From the NCBI GenBank assembly GCA_035084275.1, contig CM068771.1, forward strand, positions 4,154,001 through 4,218,000: a DNA stretch of 64,000 bases. Reading direction: 5' to 3'. Positions 10,564 to 21,041 of the stretch are shown here, one piece after another (positions within the stretch are counted from its first letter, which is position 1; each line of letters begins with the position of its first letter). The position numbers were made by a program, and so were the translations under genes. The notes below the pieces were generated by a model, which was not told the DNA's origin, ran no database searches, and saw only the letters and a list, made by a program, of their open reading frames with translations. Origin of the DNA: Hydrolagus colliei (taxonomy: Eukaryota).

Positions 10564-12468
10564 ATGGCCCCAGCGATTGGCATCGACCTGGGCACCACCT
10601 ACTCGTGTGTGGGTGTATTCCAGCACGGCAAGGTGGAGATCATCGCCAACGACCAGGGCAACCGCACCACACCCAGCTACGTGGCCTTCAACGACACCGA
10701 GAGGCTGATCGGCGAAGCCGCCAAGAACCAAGCGGCCCTCAACCCCCCCAACACCGTCTTTGATGCCAAGAGGCTGATCGGGAGGAAGTTCGATGACCCT
10801 GTGGTGCAGGCGGACATGAAGCACTGGCCTTTCCAGGTGGTGAGCCAGGGGGGCAAGCCCAAGGTGCAGGTTGAGTACAAGGGAGAGTCCAAGACGTTCA
10901 ACCCCGAAGAGATCTCGTCCATGGTTCTGACCAAGATGAAGGAGATCGCCGAGGCTTATCTGGGCTCCAGAGTCACCAACGCTGTCATCACGGTGCCCGC
11001 TTACTTCAACGACTCCCAGCGCCAGGCCACCAAAGACGCCGGGATGATCGCGGGGCTCAACGTCCTTCGCATCATTAATGAGCCCACGGCAGCCGCCATC
11101 GCCTACGGTCTGGACAAGAAGGGCCAGGGGGAGAAGAACGTCCTGATCTTTGACCTGGGTGGAGGCACCTTCGACGTGTCCATCCTCGCCATCGACGGCG
11201 GGATCTTTGAGGTCAAATCCACAGCCGGTGACACCCACCTGGGGGGCGAGGACTTTGACAGCCGTATGGTCGACCACTTCATCCAGGAGTTCAAGAGGAA
11301 AAACAAGAGGGACATCAGCCAGAACAAGAGAGCAGTCAGGAGGCTGAGGACAGCCTGCGAGAGAGCAAAGAGGACTCTGTCTTCAAGCACCCAAGCCAGC
11401 ATTGAGATCGACTCACTGTTTGAGGGAATTGACTTCTACACCTCCATCACCAGGGCACGGTTTGAGGAGCTCAATGGAGACCTGTTCAGAGGAACCCTGG
11501 AGCCAGTGGAGAAAGCGTTGACAGACGCCAAGCTGGACAAGTCTCAGATCCACGAAGTTGTCCTCGTCGGTGGCTCCACTCGCATCCCGAAGATCCAGAA
11601 GCTTCTACAGGATTTCTTCAACGGCCGAGAGCTGAACAAGAGCATCAACCCGGATGAGGCAGTGGCCTACGGGGCAGCTGTGCAAGCCGCCATCTTGATG
11701 GGCGACAAGTCTGAGAATGTGCAGGATCTGCTCCTGCTGGACGTGACTCCTCTGTCCCTGGGTCTGGAGACAGCGGGAGGCGTCATGACCTCCCTCATCA
11801 AGAGAAACTCAACCATACCCTCCAAACAGACCCAGGTCTTCACCACCTACTCCGACAACCAGTCCGGTGTCTTGGTGCAAGTCTACGAGGGCGAGAGAGC
11901 CATGACCAAGGACAACAACCTCCTGGGCAAGTTTGAGCTGAGTGGAATCCCCCCGGCTCCCCGCGGGGTCCCGCAGATCCAGGTTACCTTCGACATCGAT
12001 GCCAACGGCATCCTTAGTGTCTCGGCCGCTGACAAGAGCACTGGTAATGAGAACAAGATCACCATCACCAACGAGAAGGGCCGGCTGAGCAAGGAGGAGA
12101 TCGAGAGGATGGTGCAGGAGGCTGAGAGGTACAAGGCGGATGATGAGACGCAGCGGGAGAGGGTGATGGCCAAGAACAAGCTGGAGTCGTTCGTCTACAC
12201 AGCCAAATGTGCGATGGAGGACAAGAGCATGGAGGGCAAGGTGGGAGAGGAGGACAGGCGGCAGGTGCTGGACAAGTGCAAACAGGTCATCAACTGGCTG
12301 GATGGAAACCAGACAGCGGAGAAGGAAGAGTTTGAGCACCAGCTGAAGGAGCTGGAGAGGGTGTGCAGTCCTGTCATGGCCAGGCTGAGGCAGGGAGGGG
12401 CAGAGGGCGGTCAGCGATCAGGCAAGAGCTGCCCATCTACCGGCCCAACCGTGGAGGAAGTCGATTAA
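10564..12468 (+). CDS. hsp70: Intronless heat-inducible HSP70 (HSPA1-like), full length 634 aa ending in EEVD
   Basis: Signatures [22 protein letters not shown] and [14 protein letters not shown]; cytosolic C-terminus GPTVEEVD; no introns; HSE/CCAAT/TATA promoter. Confidence 0.98.
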   Translation: MAPAIGIDLGTTYSCVGVFQHGKVEIIANDQGNRTTPSYVAFNDTERLIGEAAKNQAALNPPNTVFDAKRLIGRKFDDPVVQADMKHWPFQVVSQGGKPKVQVEYKGESKTFNPEEISSMVLTKMKEIAEAYLGSRVTNAVITVPAYFNDSQRQATKDAGMIAGLNVLRIINEPTAAAIAYGLDKKGQGEKNVLIFDLGGGTFDVSILAIDGGIFEVKSTAGDTHLGGEDFDSRMVDHFIQEFKRKNKRDISQNKRAVRRLRTACERAKRTLSSSTQASIEIDSLFEGIDFYTSITRARFEELNGDLFRGTLEPVEKALTDAKLDKSQIHEVVLVGGSTRIPKIQKLLQDFFNGRELNKSINPDEAVAYGAAVQAAILMGDKSENVQDLLLLDVTPLSLGLETAGGVMTSLIKRNSTIPSKQTQVFTTYSDNQSGVLVQVYEGERAMTKDNNLLGKFELSGIPPAPRGVPQIQVTFDIDANGILSVSAADKSTGNENKITITNEKGRLSKEEIERMVQEAERYKADDETQRERVMAKNKLESFVYTAKCAMEDKSMEGKVGEEDRRQVLDKCKQVINWLDGNQTAEKEEFEHQLKELERVCSPVMARLRQGGAEGGQRSGKSCPSTGPTVEEVD

Positions 12469-12569
12469 ACGTCAGCCGATGGACTTCCTGCCCCTTTGGC
12501 TTTTCTGTACCTGCTCAGGTGTTAATCTTTCCCACCTTCAGACACTTTGGGATATATGTATAAATGATA

Positions 12570-12695
12570 AACGTATAGGGCTATGGGTTAAGAGTAAGGG
12601 TGTGGGACTGATTGGGTAGATCTTTCAAACAGCCAGCGCAGATACAATGGGCCTAATGGTCTACTTATTTGCGGTAAGATTGAATGATTCTATGT
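12570..12695 (+). mobile_element. CR1 3'-terminal fragment downstream of HSP70 (also ~34611-34736 and ~59103-59228)
   Basis: gggctatggg...gatacaatgggcctaatgg...gattctatg resembles a CR1 3' end. Confidence 0.65.
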
Positions 12696-12790
12696 ATATT
12701 TTGAACTAATGATCTGCTATGAATGTATGTCACAGTGACAGCAGCTGGACTCTGAATTTTATTTTATTAAACTGTTTGTACCCGATGTAC

Positions 12791-12821
<31 letters not shown>

Positions 12822-12824
12822 AGA

Positions 12825-13070
12825 TTCATACTGGCTCAAACACTGGGGCCCTCAACTCTGAGTCAGAAGGTTGTGGGTGGAAGCCACACACTGGGCCGTG
12901 GAACCACAGTCTACCATGACACTTGAATGCAGGCGCTGGGTGGGGAGGGGGAGGGGGAGGGTGGAGGGTTTGCGACATCGTCAGAACTGGCATCCTTCAA
13001 ACAAAACATTAAAGTGAGCTCCTGTCAGCGCAGTGTTTCACAAACAGTTGTGGATTTCGTGAGCAAATGT
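12825..13070 (+). mobile_element. Degenerate Deu-type SINE remnant (also ~34860-35130 and ~59360-59630)
   Basis: ctctgagtcagaaggttgtgggtggaagcc head similar to the 40750 SINE. Confidence 0.55.
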
Positions 13071-13789
13071 TATTATTGTTAAGGGATTGTGACCCCAGTA
13101 AAGTGATCGGAAATCGCCCTAGAACTGTGGTCCTTTTCCCTGCAGGATAAACAGAGGCGTGTGGAATGGCGGTGTTGATGGGGAAACTTCACCCTATTAT
13201 TCACAGTAAAACATCAATAATAATCCTGACGTTTGAGAAGCGCCTTTCGTGTCAGGTGGACATCTCAAAGAGCTTCACAGGTTACACCATAAACATAAGA
13301 GCTGAGAACTTCCAGAACATGATTAAACAGTAAAATTCACATCAGTATTATTGCTAACACACCTGGACCCGAGTAAATTTACCTTTCCCTCGTGTCTCCC
13401 GATGTAGGTAAGTTAGAGGGCGATATCAGAAACAGAATCATTTACTGAGGGTTAAATTGACCGGCTGGGTGGATACAATGGACGCCGGTTAAATCGGACA
13501 CGAAAGAGCCGAGCATTTAATCTGAAATAAGCAGCTTCTGAGGCTGACCGCTATCGATGTATTAAATCTCATCCTTTGTTTTAACCCAATTACTGACAAC
13601 ATAGTAACGCCAATTACTACAACATATAGCGCCTCTGACGTCAGGAGGAAGTCCCGAGGCACTGTCACCAATTGCTGATGTGTAAAGCCCTGAACACAAT
13701 GCTCACTGTCATTTACAAACTAAGAAGGTGATTGATATCTTGATAAATAGTGTTCACAGAAAACGGGTAAAAAAAGAAGTGACAGAAAC

Positions 13790-15319
13790 TTAAACTTTTT
13801 TATTGAAAAGTTCTCTCAAGTCGGACTGTACGAGATCAGCGTGGCGTCGCTCTCTGATGCTCGCAACGATGTCGTTAAGTGCGTTCGAAAACTTGTTGTA
13901 GAGTCCGCTCTTTAGTAAGAAGCGTTCAGCCTCTCGCAGGCCAGTCAGAGCTGTGCTGGCTGTCACAGGCGAGGCCCCATTGTCCTCAGAGTCGCTGTCG
14001 CTGCTGTTCTCGACTAGTAGGCGCTCGGCGGCAACAGCTTCGGCCACGATATTCTCCTGACCTTGCGGATCACGGCAAGGTAGATCAGAGTCAATGTCCA
14101 GGAACTGGTCAGCGATCTGCCTCTCGCCCTCGGCCTCTGTGCTTGTCTTCTCGTCAGCCTCAGCACGGGGAGCAGCGTCACCAGACGCAAACCCTGCCTT
14201 TGCGAAGCAATTGGATATCATCGCAGGCTCCATGCTCTCCCAGGCCCTGGCAGCCATGCCGATGGCATCCAGCAGGCTGATGTGTCTGGCCATCTTTCCC
14301 ACCGAGGCCTGGGGGATGATGGTGTTGCTGTCAATGGCGTCGAGGAGGCGATTCCGTAGCTCCTCGCGGTAGGAAAACTTCAGGTGTCGGATGATTCCTT
14401 GACCCATGGGTTGGATCATGGTGGTGTCCGGGGGAATCAGCTCCAGGCAGATGTTCTTAAGCATTGGGACGGTCAGATGACACGGTGCGCTGTCCATGAG
14501 AAGAAGAACTTTACGCCCCAGGTTGACCAGCTCTGTGTCCCACTGCACCAGCCACTCCTTAAATATCGTTCCTGTCATCCACGCCATTTTGTTGGCCTTA
14601 TAGGTGACAGGCAGAACGGCGCAGTCGACTCCCTGCATACAGCGAGGGCGCTGGCTCTTCCCGATGACCAGCAGTTTGCGCCGGTCGCAGCCGGTCATGT
14701 TGGCGCAGACCATCAGCGTGACACTGTCCGTCGCTCCCTTTACACCACTCGGCTCCGTCGGGTGCAAATACGAGCCGTTGGGCACCGCGCGAAAGCGCAG
14801 CCCCGTTTCCTCCGCGTTGTAGATGGCATCTGGGGCATAGGAAGAGAGCAGCACGGTGCGGGAGTTAGCGCCCTCTAGGCCAGCGCTCCTCAGCTCTCCG
14901 GGAAACAGCCTGTACACTATGTTGTTACGTGCCTTCCAGCGGCTAAACCAGCCGTCGGTCACGGTGAACCCCGGCTTCCCGAGCTCGTGCGCCAGGCTCT
15001 GCGCCTTGGCTTTGAGGATGGGCCCATTGAGCGGCTGCCCCTCGGTGGACGCCCTTTGGAACCACAGGAGGAGAGCGAGCTCCACCTGGGGATCTTTGCC
15101 TTTGCGATCCCTCTTCTTACGCAGACCCACGTCGCCCTCGGCCAAGGTGGCCGCTGTCCGGCGCAGCTTCGTCTCACTGGCGACGAGGTCACCCAGCGTC
15201 GACTTCTTGACCCCGAGCCTCCTGGCCAGTTCTCGCAGGGGAGTCCCCCGCGGCTCCAACTTGACCCTGTCTAACACTTCTATCTTCTCCAAAAGTGTCC
15301 GGGACATTTTCTTCGACAT
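13790..15319 (-). CDS. Tigger/pogo-derived (TIGD/CENP-B family) domesticated transposase, 509 aa, copy 1
   Basis: N-terminal HTH, CENP-B-type HTH (ALLLWF...GPILKAKA...GWFSRWKARNNI) and DDE_1-type domain (IYNAEETGL, LLLMDSAPCH, IQPMGQGII). Intact single-exon ORF; no flanking TIRs seen. Confidence 0.9.
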   Translation of the reverse strand: MSKKMSRTLLEKIEVLDRVKLEPRGTPLRELARRLGVKKSTLGDLVASETKLRRTAATLAEGDVGLRKKRDRKGKDPQVELALLLWFQRASTEGQPLNGPILKAKAQSLAHELGKPGFTVTDGWFSRWKARNNIVYRLFPGELRSAGLEGANSRTVLLSSYAPDAIYNAEETGLRFRAVPNGSYLHPTEPSGVKGATDSVTLMVCANMTGCDRRKLLVIGKSQRPRCMQGVDCAVLPVTYKANKMAWMTGTIFKEWLVQWDTELVNLGRKVLLLMDSAPCHLTVPMLKNICLELIPPDTTMIQPMGQGIIRHLKFSYREELRNRLLDAIDSNTIIPQASVGKMARHISLLDAIGMAARAWESMEPAMISNCFAKAGFASGDAAPRAEADEKTSTEAEGERQIADQFLDIDSDLPCRDPQGQENIVAEAVAAERLLVENSSDSDSEDNGASPVTASTALTGLREAERFLLKSGLYNKFSNALNDIVASIRERRHADLVQSDLRELFNKKV

Positions 15320-15439
15320 TATGGCTTCTTATGTGTTGAGAGGATGACACAAGTTTAACAATAGAAAATAATACTTCCGATGTCTCAAATGGCTTCACAG
15401 GTCTTTTTTTTTGGGGGGGGTGGGGTGGGGGGGCGGGAA

Positions 15440-15570
15440 GGGAGGAAATGTCTGGTTCATTTCCGTCCGCCGGGAAATGTCCGGGAAGTGTCTGGTTCCT
15501 TCCCGAAGCGGTCGATGTCCCGCCCCCTTTCCCCCCCTCCCGCTGGCTGCTGATTGGCCGCCCCCAGGGA
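15440..15570 (-). promoter_or_regulatory. CpG-rich TATA-less promoter of TIGD copy 1
   Basis: ETS-like ccgggaaat/ccgggaagtg motifs, GC box gtcccgcccc (15517-15526) and CCAAT (ATTGG 15553-15557), 120-250 bp 5' of the ATG. Confidence 0.55.
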
Positions 15571-16231
15571 GCTTCAGCGAGTGGCTTAATGGAACAGACC
15601 AGGTTTGAGGCAGGAGGAAACACACACACACTTTATCTGCCGTGTTAGTATTAGTGCCCAGTCCCTCTTCACAAGTACCACTTTACCCTCTTTTCCCCCT
15701 TTCTCCCCCGGCCCCGATTTGGCTGCCGCGTTTCGCCCACAAACGTACAGTCAATTCTCCTACCCTCCTTCATCCCACCCCGACCCCTCCCCATCACCCC
15801 TGCTCTTGTCCCTACCTGTCTGTACAGCTCCTCGGGACGTCCCCTCGACGCGAAAGGCGATATATAAACGTACGTTTTGATTGATTTAGTGGATGAAACG
15901 TGGCAGCCATTTGCACACGGCAGTGTCCCACAAACAGCCGTTGATTGGGTGACCCACAATCGAGTAACACGGGCATTCCTACTTACCGCTAGTTAAACAG
16001 AGGCATGCGAAGGTACTTCCCTGCCCAGGAATCGACTCTGGGTCCTCTCGCTCGAGAGGCGAGAGAGCTAACCACTGAACTGCAAGACTCCACAAACTCA
16101 ACGGTGCTCGATTGCCTTTGCAATCTGCACACCAACTGATTCACTGGGACTATTTAAGCTGTTGTTGGCTGAATGAGAATATTGGTCATGTATTGCAGAA
16201 TGCACAGCTTTGAATATACATCTTGAAATAC

Positions 16232-16590
16232 AATAATAATAATAATAATCCTTGCATTTGACGCAGCGCTTTTCACACTTCATCGTCTTAGAGATTTTTC
16301 AAAGCGCTTCACGGAATATACTGTGAAGTGAAGCGACTGTATATATTTGTGGGCGAAACGCAGCAGCCAATTGCGCACAGCAGCGTCCCCCACACACAGT
16401 CGTGGATTGAAATGACAAATTTCTTTATTGTGTTTATTTGGAGGGATTATTATTGTGTGTGTGTGTGTGTCTGTGTGTATGTGTGGAGTAAGGAAACTTG
16501 CCCAAGGTTTCGCCCTGACCTGCCTGGATTTGAACACAGGTCTCACGCTCGTGAAGGCGAGTGCTCTAACCACTGAGCTACAGGAGCTAC
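16232..16590 (-). mobile_element. Same tRNA-derived SINE family, minus strand (also 38277-38632 and 62778-63133)
   Basis: Reverse complement of head, core and (att)n tail. Confidence 0.8.
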
Positions 16591-17364
16591 AGAATATAAT
16601 ATATTATGTTATAACGAGGGCTGGTTTAAAGCAAAATCTCAGAAGTATCCAATACCAATGCCATTTTAGAAACTAAATTTAAAAATTTTGTTTAATTAAA
16701 TTTAAAATATCTCCCCGAGAGCCAACCCCCTCCCGCCCGATCTAAGCCTGCTCTTCCCTTGTGGAGAGGTGCAGCCATGTGGTCGGTGACTGAGAGTGAA
16801 ACTCGTCTCTTCGCTTCTCACACGATTGCAAACAGTGGCTCCAACGCGCCCCTCACTGGCCAGCCTTAACACACAGCTTCCAATTGTGTGTGTGTGTGCA
16901 CAGTCAGTATGTGTGTGTGCGTGTGTGTGTGTGTGTATGTAAAGTCTATGTGTATGTATCTGTGTGTATGCAGACTGTGTGTTTGTAGTCTGTGTGTACA
17001 GTATGTGTGTGGGCGTATATACATTCTGTGTGTGTACAGTATATTGACTACAAACACTGACTACACACATACACTACAGTGTGTGAAGTATACAGTAGTT
17101 TACGGTGTGTGAGTGTATGTACGATCAGTGGATATACACAGTCACTGTGGGTCTAAATAAATGCAAACTAAGAATAAGAATAATCCTCGCATTTGGTACA
17201 GCACCTCATTAGGTCTTTGAGACGTCTCAAAGCCAGAGTACACTGTAACAGACTGTACATTTTGTGGGCAAAATGCTGTAGCCAACTGCGCACAGCAGCG
17301 TCCCCCCAAAAGGTAGTGGATCGAGGGACCAAATTCTTATAGTTTTTTATTTTTTAAGGGATTA

Positions 17365-17820
17365 TTACTCCCGAAAATGGCAACTCGCCAATCGACAGGT
17401 TTCTACTTGCTGCTAGGCATATAGAGGCCCCATCCTACTTAACCAATCTACTCTCCCCCTACACGCCCACCCGGACCCTCCGTTCAACAGGACTTGTCCT
17501 GCTCCAAGCCCCCCGCCCGAACCGCCCCACCATCGGAGGCCGGGCCTTCAGTTTCTCCGCTCCCACCTTATGGAATGCCATCCCTCAATCCCTCCATTTC
17601 GTCTCTTCCCTTTCCTCTTTCAAGGCCGGTTTGAAGACTTTCCTCTTCGATCGTGCCTTTTGTTCCACCCCGAACTCTTTTACCTCCCCTTCGTGTTTCA
17701 CCCCTTCCCAAACACTCCCCTCCCAGCTCGGGTCACACGCCTCCTGTTCAGCGCCTTGGGACGTCCTCCCAACGTGAAAGGCGCTCTATAAATGTAAATA
17801 TAAAATTGTTGTTGTTGTTG
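17365..17820 (+). mobile_element. L2-type LINE 3' end (mostly deleted in unit 2; resumes at ~63915)
   Basis: APSYLTNLLSPYTPTRTLRS...IGGRAFSFSAPTLWNAIP...FKAGLKTFLF with a (gtt)n tail. Confidence 0.8.
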
Positions 17821-17915
17821 AGTGAGGAAACTTGCCTCACTTTTCGCCCTGTGTGTGTACAGTCAGCGTATGACTGCCCCTGACTGTTTCTCTCTCTCGT
17901 GTCTTCTCCCCACAG

Positions 17916-18067
17916 CTGCCTCACTCCCTGCGCAGCCTCGACGAAGTCACATACGCAGAGATCAACTGGACCCCGATGAGGAGACCCAGCCCACAGCCCA
18001 GGGCTCTGTGTGCACACACTGACTACATACACACTGAGTACAGCAGCATCCGAACTGACACACTGAC
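17916..18067 (+). other. Orphan terminal exon of an inhibitory-receptor cytoplasmic tail (ITIM + ITSM), unit 1; runs into an N-gap
   Basis: Strong acceptor (ttctctctctcgtgtcttctccccacag) followed in phase 0 by LPHSLRSLDEVTYAEINWTPMRRPSPQPRALCAHTDYIHTEYSSIRTDTL. AATAAA downstream at 18901-18906. No upstream exons found in the unit. Confidence 0.6.
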
Positions 18068-18243
18068 NNNNNNNNNNNNNNNNNNNNNNNNNNNNNNNNN
18101 NNNNNNNNNNNNNNNNNNNNNNNNNNNNNNNNNNNNNNNNNNNNNNNNNNNNNNNNNNNNNNNNNNNNNNNNNNNNNNNNNNNNNNNNNNNNNNNNNNNN
18201 NNNNNNNNNNNNNNNNNNNNNNNNNNNNNNNNNNNNNNNNNNN
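18068..18243. other. Assembly gap (N run)
   Basis: 176 N. Confidence 1.
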
Positions 18244-18394
18244 GAGTACAGCAGCATCCGAACTGACACACTGACACACACACTGACACACACACACACT
18301 GACACACACACACACTGACACACACACACACTGACCACATACACACTGACACACACACACACTGACCACATACACACTGAGTACAGCAGCATCC

Positions 18395-18631
18395 NNNNNN
18401 NNNNNNNNNNNNNNNNNNNNNNNNNNNNNNNNNNNNNNNNNNNNNNNNNNNNNNNNNNNNNNNNNNNNNNNNNNNNNNNNNNNNNNNNNNNNNNNNNNNN
18501 NNNNNNNNNNNNNNNNNNNNNNNNNNNNNNNNNNNNNNNNNNNNNNNNNNNNNNNNNNNNNNNNNNNNNNNNNNNNNNNNNNNNNNNNNNNNNNNNNNNN
18601 NNNNNNNNNNNNNNNNNNNNNNNNNNNNNNN
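18395..18631. other. Assembly gap (N run)
   Basis: 237 N. Confidence 1.
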
Positions 18632-18940
18632 ACAATCTAAGTACACCAGTATCCGAGGTTGCAAAAACACACACACACATTCACTGAGTACACGAGCATC
18701 TGAACTGACACACATGTGGAACACACACATTAGCATTCACACGCACATTGAAACACACACACACACTGACACACACACACACTGACACTGACACACTGAC
18801 ACACACACACACACTGACACACACACACACTGACACACACACACACTGGGTACATCAGTAATTTAATGTAATTTAATTAACAGTAATTTAAAAAATGAAA
18901 AATAAAATTTTAATTGAAAAAAACTTTTGGTGCAATGTAT

Positions 18941-19263
18941 GAGCTCCTGTGGCTCAGTGGTTAGAGCACTTGTCTTGCAAGGCTGGGGAGACCTGTGTTC
19001 GAATCCAGGCAGGTCAGGGCAAAACGCCAGGCAAGTTTCCTTACGCCACACGCCTAATAATAATCCCAACAAAAAAAACACAACAATAAAGTTGGTCATT
19101 TCAATCCACGACTGTGTGTGGGGGGGACGCCGCTGTGCGCAATTGGCTGCCGCGTTTCACCCACAAATGTACAGTTAATTCACTTTACAGTGTATTCTGT
19201 GAAGCGCTTTGGGACGTCGATAAGATGTGAAAAGCGCCGTATCAAATGCAAGGATTATTATTA
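18941..19263 (+). mobile_element. Full-length tRNA-derived SINE (also 43032-43360)
   Basis: A box TGGCTCAGTGG (18950), B box GTTCGAATCC (18997), core tgtgcgcaattggctgccgcgtttc and tail ...aaatgcaagg(att)n. Confidence 0.85.
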
Positions 19264-19609
19264 TATATATATGACCGAGTGAGACACCATTGTCCACGCA
19301 ATTTAATAAATAATAATCCCTGTCTGACACACATACCTTCTCGTGTCTGGGGGACGTCTCAAAGCGCTTCACAGGATTCATCCCCCCTACCTCGTCTCTG
19401 CTCACAGCAGTACTGCTGCTTACGCTCTACTGGGTCTGGCCTCCTCCTTGTCCCCCCGAATCCTATGCTCTACCATCGGCAGCCGTGCTTTCCACCACTG
19501 TGCCCTGAAACTTTGGAGGTTGGAACTCCCTCCCTCAACCCCTTCACCTCAAACCCTCCTTTCCACCATCTTCAGGTGGCACCTGAGACCTTTCTCATTG
19601 ACTTGAGCC

Positions 19610-20200
19610 ATACGGACATGGAGGTGCAGAGGGACTGAACGTCCAGTGTGAAAAGGAGACGTTCAGGACCGTGCAACTGGAAATTGTCGAAATGTCGGAG
19701 GGCGTCCGACGAGTCATGGATATAGTTGGGTAGGGATTGGACGAGGGGAGAAAAAATGTAGTCTAAATATGATGAAATGAATTCATTGGGACAGGAGCAG
19801 GCTGAGACAACGGGTCTGCCAGGACAGTCCTGTTTAGGAATCTTGGGGAGAAAGTGTAGGCGGGCTGTGCGGGGTTGGGTGACTATGAGGTTGGACGCAG
19901 TAGGAGGAAGGTCACCAGCGGAGATGAGGTTATTAACTACCTCAGTGACGGAGGCTTGGTGTTGAGCTGTGGGGTCATGGTTGAGTGGAAGGTAGGCGGA
20001 GTTGTCGGAGAGCTGGCGTTTGGCCTCTGCCAGATACGGCTCCTTACGCCAGACAACGACAGCAGCACCCTGGTCAGCTGGTTTGATGATGAAATCAGGG
20101 TTGGCCCTGAGGGAGTGGAGTGCAGTGCGTTCAGAGGGAGAGAGGCTGTTGTTTGCTGTTGGACTGAAGGTGAGGCTCTGACCAGACTCAGACAACAATA
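19610..20200 (-). mobile_element. Penelope-like retroelement RT fragment
   Basis: IIKPADQGAAVVVW...PRTARLHFLPKIPKQDCPGRPVVSACSCP...LDVQSL, the N-terminal PLE RT motifs; truncated. Confidence 0.85.
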
Positions 20201-20523
20201 TGTGAGGAGCTACCGTCAACACTCGCAGTGAACATCACAGGACTGTTGCCCACTCTATGATGTAGGGAATATTTGAACTGTTTGTGTGTGTTTTCATGTG
20301 ATTCCCACAAACCAGGAAATCAGCAGGAAACCAAAACCAGAAATAGTCTCTGAACATTGCCATCTTGGGACACAAGTTCAATTCACTTCTAACAGTGAAG
20401 ATTCTTCTCTTTCAGGACCGAACCCAAACAGGTCAGTGTCAGAAATTGTTTCCTGAAATAAAATTAGACAGTGATATAAAAACAATCATACTTTTACATT
20501 ATATCGCAGTTACAGGATTGACT

Positions 20524-20537
20524 GGTTTCACTTTCGC
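20524..20537. promoter_or_regulatory. ISRE / IRF element upstream of BTNL copy B
   Basis: GGTTTCACTTTCGC (reverse complement GCGAAAGTGAAACC) matches the RGTTTCNNTTTC consensus, about 510 bp upstream of the ATG. Confidence 0.6.
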
Positions 20538-21041
20538 ACCCTGTGATGTTGAGTTTAACTGTGAAATAAATGTTCTCCATTGTCAGGTTTGTGTAAATAG
20601 TAAAGCGGGAGCGGCTGCTGTGAGTTTATTCCCAGTTTGTTGTTTAAACGCTGAGAATTGGAGGCCAGTGAGGAGTGAGGGGAATGGGAGCCTCGTCTCT
20701 GACCTGCACCTTGTTGGGGGTGAATAAGGAGCAGCTCTGAGGAGAGGGAGGGGAGGAGCACATAGAGCAGTCACACACAACATGTTTCTTCCCCAAAACT
20801 ACCTCATGGAGACCCCCCAGTGTGGGGCTGGGGGGGGCCTCACTGTCACAGTTAAACTTCCCAAATCATTATTCCGACAGAGATGGCAGTTTGTTCTGCT
20901 GTGTGTGTGTAAATGTTGTAAGATCGCAGAATTATTCATTAGGTTTTTTATTTTGACCAATTATGTACAAACACAAATCTCTGTAATTATCTGATTTGCT
21001 GTTGCAACCAGATGTGATCTCAATGTGAAGGCCCGAAGAAG

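Larger units (their letters stand above)
18010..18860. repeat. CA-rich compound repeat containing re-iterated actgagtacagcagcatccga; interrupted by gaps
   Basis: Motif copies at 18033, 18244 and 18377; variants at 18640 and 18682. Confidence 0.85.

Noticed and set aside
10543-11277. 244-aa antisense ORF over HSP70 (also 32584 and 57076) and other overlapping ORFs
   Set aside because: Long antisense frames are a known by-product of GC-rich hsp70 codon usage; no promoter or independent signal.
13636-13643. Perfect CRE (TGACGTCA)
   Set aside because: Lies in a degenerate SINE/LINE tail far from any mapped promoter.
13790-15319. TIGD ORF as an active Tigger transposon
   Set aside because: No TIRs or TA duplication around it, two catalytic aspartates lost, and it has a cellular-type promoter.
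13879-15629. Multiple ORFs overlapping TIGD on either strand
   Set aside because: Shadow frames of a GC-rich coding sequence with no recognisable domains.
2390-17916. Direct alternative splicing of BTNL TM or micro-exons to the ITIM exon
   Set aside because: All BTNL donors are phase 1 while the ITIM frame needs phase 0; no bridging exon identified.
17748-18736. Long ORFs of 237-310 aa spanning N runs
   Set aside because: Artefacts of translating assembly gaps.
18941-19015. tRNA-like sequence with A and B boxes
   Set aside because: Head of a repeated SINE continuing into core and tail; no complete cloverleaf.
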